From an uncultured Candidatus Saccharibacteria bacterium (GTDB lineage Bacteria; Patescibacteriota; Minisyncoccia; Phycocordibacterales; UBA918): a DNA stretch of 64,000 nucleotides. The notes below the pieces were generated by a model that saw only the letters and a list, made by a program, of their open reading frames with translations, was not told the origin of the DNA and ran no database searches. The DNA lies in contig CAYOAM010000001.1 of NCBI GenBank assembly GCA_964402035.1, positions 307,558-371,557 on the forward strand, read 5' to 3'. Position 1 is the stretch's first letter, and the number at the start of each line of letters is the position of its first letter. Of this stretch, positions 60,680-64,000 are shown one piece after another. The position numbers were made by a program, and so were the translations under genes.

Positions 60680-61009
60680 ATGTCTAAAGACTCCCGATCA
60701 GGCGGCAAATATACAGGAAGTCATACTTCCCTTATACCAGCCGCAGCAAAAATCTGTGACATAGCAAACCGCTGTCCCAACGTAACCAAGATATCGCCTG
60801 GTTTTATTAAAGCAGGACTACCATCTGCGCGTGGCAATCGTCGTGTGAAAATCACGGTTTCCGACGGCAGCATGCTTCTTTCGATACGCGACAATGCCTC
60901 GCACCAAGAAGTACGTGTCTATGCTACCGATATCCATGCAGCAAAATACGCTATTGCGCGTGGCTGCAAGGATGAAGGTATTACCGTTTCATTTCGCGAA
61001 ATAGCGTGA
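60680..61009 (+). CDS. hypothetical protein
   Basis: 109-aa ORF only. Confidence 0.4.
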   Translation: MSKDSRSGGKYTGSHTSLIPAAAKICDIANRCPNVTKISPGFIKAGLPSARGNRRVKITVSDGSMLLSIRDNASHQEVRVYATDIHAAKYAIARGCKDEGITVSFREIA

Positions 61010-61090
61010 GTCGCTTCGCCACCGGACGAAGCCAATATTTCTTTTCAAATATCAGACTAGTGATACTATGGAGCTATAGCAATCTTATAT

Positions 61091-61546
61091 ATGACACTTC
61101 ACGAAACCATCAAAGGCCAGCTTAAAGAGGCGCTCAAGGCAAAAGACGAAGTAAAACTCCGTACAGTGCGCGGCATGCTCACCTCATTTACCAACGAACT
61201 AGTTGCAACCGGTAAAAAACCACAGGATATGTTGCAAGACGAGGAGGTGCTCAAGGTCATTTCACGTCTCGCAAAGCAGCGCAAGGATTCTATCGAGCAA
61301 TTTGTTTCGGGCGGCAGACAAGACCTCGCAGACACCGAGCAAGAAGAACTTGCGGTACTTGTGACATACCTCCCCACCATGATGAGTCGCGAGGAAATTA
61401 GGAAAATCGCAGAGGCAAAGATTGCTGAACTTGGTGCCATTGATAAAAGTAAAATGGGTATGCTCGTGGGCTCACTCATGAAAGATCTCAAGGGTAAAGC
61501 AGACGGTGGCGATGTAAAAGCGGTGGTAGAAGAACTTTTGAAATAA
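61091..61546 (+). CDS. GatB/YqeY domain protein
   Basis: canonical YqeY N-terminus MTLHETIKGQLKEALKAKDEVKLRTVR. Confidence 0.85.
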   Translation: MTLHETIKGQLKEALKAKDEVKLRTVRGMLTSFTNELVATGKKPQDMLQDEEVLKVISRLAKQRKDSIEQFVSGGRQDLADTEQEELAVLVTYLPTMMSREEIRKIAEAKIAELGAIDKSKMGMLVGSLMKDLKGKADGGDVKAVVEELLK

Positions 61547-61551
61547 TAGGT

Positions 61552-61767
61552 ATGGGATTCGGAGCACGAAGAGAAATGCCAAAAGTGGAACTAAAAAAAC
61601 GGTTCAAACTCAGCGAAGCTACAATTCCTGAAATTGAAGGACAAATAGAAATATTAAAAATCGAAATTTCTGGATTGCAGGCAGCAAATGACACTAGTGA
61701 CAAGCAAGCTGAAATTGCGGAAATGGAAGCACGTATTGCTGAGCTTAAGGCTCAAAAGATTAACTAA
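61552..61767 (+). CDS. small coiled-coil hypothetical protein
   Basis: 71 aa heptad-rich; terminator downstream. Confidence 0.4.
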   Translation: MGFGARREMPKVELKKRFKLSEATIPEIEGQIEILKIEISGLQAANDTSDKQAEIAEMEARIAELKAQKIN

Positions 61768-61779
61768 GTGTTTTGTTAA

Positions 61780-61815
61780 AATAAAAAGGCTAAGCATATT
61801 ACTTAGCCTTTTCCT
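61780..61815. terminator. bidirectional terminator
   Basis: AAAAGGCTAAG-CATATTA-CTTAGCCTTTT. Confidence 0.6.
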
Positions 61816-61996
61816 CATCAATCTCGAGAATTCTTAGGAAAACAACTCCAACAACACACGTGCAGGCGACTGCAAAAATAAAAGCAAAAAATTGTAGTAT
61901 GCCATCCTTTGCAAACGCAATAACTCCACTCGTCCCCATCCAGACGATGGCGCAGAGCACGATAATCGCAACCCTAGTATTCATCTTAACCTCCAC
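61799..61996 (-). CDS. small two-TM membrane protein
   Basis: 65 aa hydrophobic. Confidence 0.4.
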   Translation of the reverse strand: MEVKMNTRVAIIVLCAIVWMGTSGVIAFAKDGILQFFAFIFAVACTCVVGVVFLRILEIDEEKAK

Positions 61997-62092
61997 AAAA
62001 TCTGCGGGCAGTCTAGAACAAAACTATCTATGGCGCAACCGGCTATATTTATAGCTACATCACCAGGTCTACTTGGAAGTCCGGCTTCCAAG

Positions 62093-62740
62093 TTAAATTT
62101 TCCTAGCGTCAACGACTGAAAAAGCGCCAATTTTTGTGCGGCGCAAATCCTCAGTGGTTGCAGGATACCCAAGTCGCCTGCCCAATGCTTCTGCCAGCGA
62201 GCGGATATAGACACCACTTGCTACATCCCACGAAAGCAAAATGTGCGCTCGTCCATTTTCGACCTCAACATTTTTTAACTCAAAACCTCGTACTTCCATA
62301 TCGCGCATTGGGATATATGCGATCTCTTTTCCCGTCCGTGCTTTTTTATAGAGCGGCACACCGCCGCGCTTTACAGCAGAATAAATCGGTACTGGGAGTG
62401 AAAGCGTCCCCACCATGGACTCCAGTGCACTTTGCACGTCCACCGCATCAAGCTTTTCAACAATTTCTTCTTCAAGAATCTCTCCTTCCATGTCTCCGGT
62501 TGATCTACGCTCTCCGACACGCACCACGACCTCATACGTCTTTGGCAATTTTAAATAGTCGTTGAGTTTTTTGGTCCCTTCATTGATCCCAATGATCATG
62601 AGCCCAGAAGCCAATGGATCAAGCGTGCCCGCGTGCCCCATTTTCCGAATCCCCAGCTCGACTCGCAAACGGCGAATGACATCAAAAGACGTAATGCCTT
62701 TTGGTTTATCAACAAGCAGCATATTTTCGGGTACATTCAT
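62093..62740 (-). CDS. truB: tRNA pseudouridine(55) synthase
   Basis: LLVDKPKGITSFDV...GHAGTLDPLASG catalytic Asp motif. Confidence 0.9.
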   Translation of the reverse strand: MNVPENMLLVDKPKGITSFDVIRRLRVELGIRKMGHAGTLDPLASGLMIIGINEGTKKLNDYLKLPKTYEVVVRVGERRSTGDMEGEILEEEIVEKLDAVDVQSALESMVGTLSLPVPIYSAVKRGGVPLYKKARTGKEIAYIPMRDMEVRGFELKNVEVENGRAHILLSWDVASGVYIRSLAEALGRRLGYPATTEDLRRTKIGAFSVVDARKI

Positions 62741-62825
62741 AAGAGTGCAAAAGTCTGTGGCGGATATTATGCAACTATGTTAGTATCTTGTCCAGACTTG
62801 TAGAAATATCTTTTGGAGAGGTGCA

Positions 62826-63362
62826 TTGATGCGTAATAAAGCTTTTAAGAACCTGGACGTCGCATACAAGCCAGGAACACGCGTAACAATTGCGCGTACT
62901 GACATTGCTATGGCGTTACTATGCCCCCGTCCGTCGACGGCGGAAGGAACCATAGTCCGCATTCTAGATCGAGGAGCTTCAAGGCAATATCCCTTCATAA
63001 AAATCTATAAAATCTCCTGCACAGGGACATTTCTTCCTGACGAACGAATTAGCTCCTGCGAACATCAAAGTATTTTGTTGCTTGCGCTGCGAGTCACTCA
63101 GGATGTTTTTGATAACTTGTTTCGAGCCGGTCACCTGGACGAGATATTGCAGATCCCGCCAGGCAAAGGTGGACAAAAGTATCTTTTAAGCGCCACCGGA
63201 ATGCAATTCGCGTTACGGTGGGCAAGCGACTCCACATTGTCGCATTACATGTACTGCAACATCAGACCTCCGAAAGAGTTCCTAGCAGCACAGAAACTCT
63301 TAGCGACAAACGAAGAGGTAGCAGCACAAGAGGACGACAAACTTGTTTTCTTCGACACCTAA
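62826..63362 (+). CDS. hypothetical protein
   Basis: 178-aa ORF. Confidence 0.45.
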   Translation: MMRNKAFKNLDVAYKPGTRVTIARTDIAMALLCPRPSTAEGTIVRILDRGASRQYPFIKIYKISCTGTFLPDERISSCEHQSILLLALRVTQDVFDNLFRAGHLDEILQIPPGKGGQKYLLSATGMQFALRWASDSTLSHYMYCNIRPPKEFLAAQKLLATNEEVAAQEDDKLVFFDT

Positions 63363-63382
63363 AATAAGGTGTCGATTTTTTA

Positions 63383-63793
63383 TTATGGCATTTGAATGAC
63401 TACCCCTCTTTTGACGACCGTGCGGCGAAGTTCCTGTTTATGTGATTCGTACACAGGCACAGCTTGCCCTACAAGCGTCCAAAAATTTTTGCCATGATTA
63501 AATTCTTTTAGATGGCAGAGCTCGTGCACAATGATGTAGTCCGCAAGATGTGGCGGAAGGAACAATATACGATAGTTAAAATTGAGGTTGCCACTCTTTG
63601 AACAACTACCCCATCGTCTTTTTTGATCACGTATCGCTACTTTTTTATACTCAAATCCGTAATGCACATTCATGGCATGGAGGCGTTCATGAACAAATGC
63701 GCGAGCTTGCTCTCTGTGTTCAAGATAATGCCGCGAAGGTTGTTTCCTTTTCCGTCGCGATTTTCGTCGCACTACTCTAACCCATTTCCACAT
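63383..63793 (-). CDS. YgjP/DUF45-family (WLM-like) zinc metallopeptidase
   Basis: HELCHLKEFNH HExxH motif, basic N-terminus. Confidence 0.8.
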   Translation of the reverse strand: MWKWVRVVRRKSRRKRKQPSRHYLEHREQARAFVHERLHAMNVHYGFEYKKVAIRDQKRRWGSCSKSGNLNFNYRILFLPPHLADYIIVHELCHLKEFNHGKNFWTLVGQAVPVYESHKQELRRTVVKRGVVIQMP

Positions 63794-64000
63794 AGAAAAA
63801 GTTAAATTACAATCACGTGCGCGTATGAGTGACGGTGTCCACGCCCAAAGTATACCGTACGATCAAATGATCTAAATTTACCTTTTCTAAGATCCAATTT
63901 ATGCTAGGATACAGTGCATTACTTATCATATTCATCCTATGGAGCGCGTATTAACAAAACACACCACAGAACACATTGGCGAAGAAGTCCTTGTAAAGGG

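Overview
This 64 kb window is a bacterial chromosomal segment in which housekeeping and cell-envelope genes flank a large accessory toxin locus at about 22.3-38.0 kb. Nearly all of it is coding, on both strands. There are no rRNA or tRNA genes and no CRISPR array.

Housekeeping genes with clear family motifs:
- Aminoacyl-tRNA synthetases tyrS and cysS.
- Replication and repair genes dnaB, recR, rmuC and a DEDDh exonuclease.
- Ribosomal proteins L27, L9 and L21.
- truB, msrA, sppA, an S41 C-terminal processing protease (Ctp), corA, pgi, a ROK kinase, a LOG-family hydrolase and a cyclophilin.
- An ECF sigma factor followed by an anti-sigma-like gene and a DUF4349-like gene.
- A class-A PBP with a PBP1C-type C-terminal domain, lying 2.5 kb from a 2222-aa thioester (GCGEQ) alpha-2-macroglobulin.

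The accessory centre is a polymorphic-toxin locus:
- An 8.5-kb gene encodes a 2818-aa fused TcB/TcC-like RHS (YD-repeat) protein. After the RHS DPxGL boundary, its C-terminal tip is a LysM domain plus an L,D-transpeptidase-fold (YkuD/Tlde1-like) domain.
- It is followed by a small polytopic membrane immunity candidate.
- Downstream are three orphan rhs C-terminal cassettes, each with an adjacent small immunity-like gene. Each orphan carries roughly 0.56-0.88 kb of near-identical DNA shared with the 3' end of the main rhs gene, and this homology runs frame-disrupted upstream of the orphan start codons.
- A Shedu-like (DUF4263, PD-(D/E)xK) nuclease gene is embedded between cassettes, and a degraded cassette remnant with a CATTC microsatellite lies at the array end. 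The immunity and nuclease genes are markedly AT-rich.

Other notable items:
- A secreted peptidoglycan-binding protein with a roughly 300-aa hyper-acidic repeat tail.
- An SH3b, Pro/Thr-linker, beta-helix and peptidoglycan-binding-domain surface protein.
- A roughly 400-nt ORF-poor interval with its own promoter-like and terminator signals, likely a structured ncRNA of unassigned family.
- Several strong bidirectional terminators.
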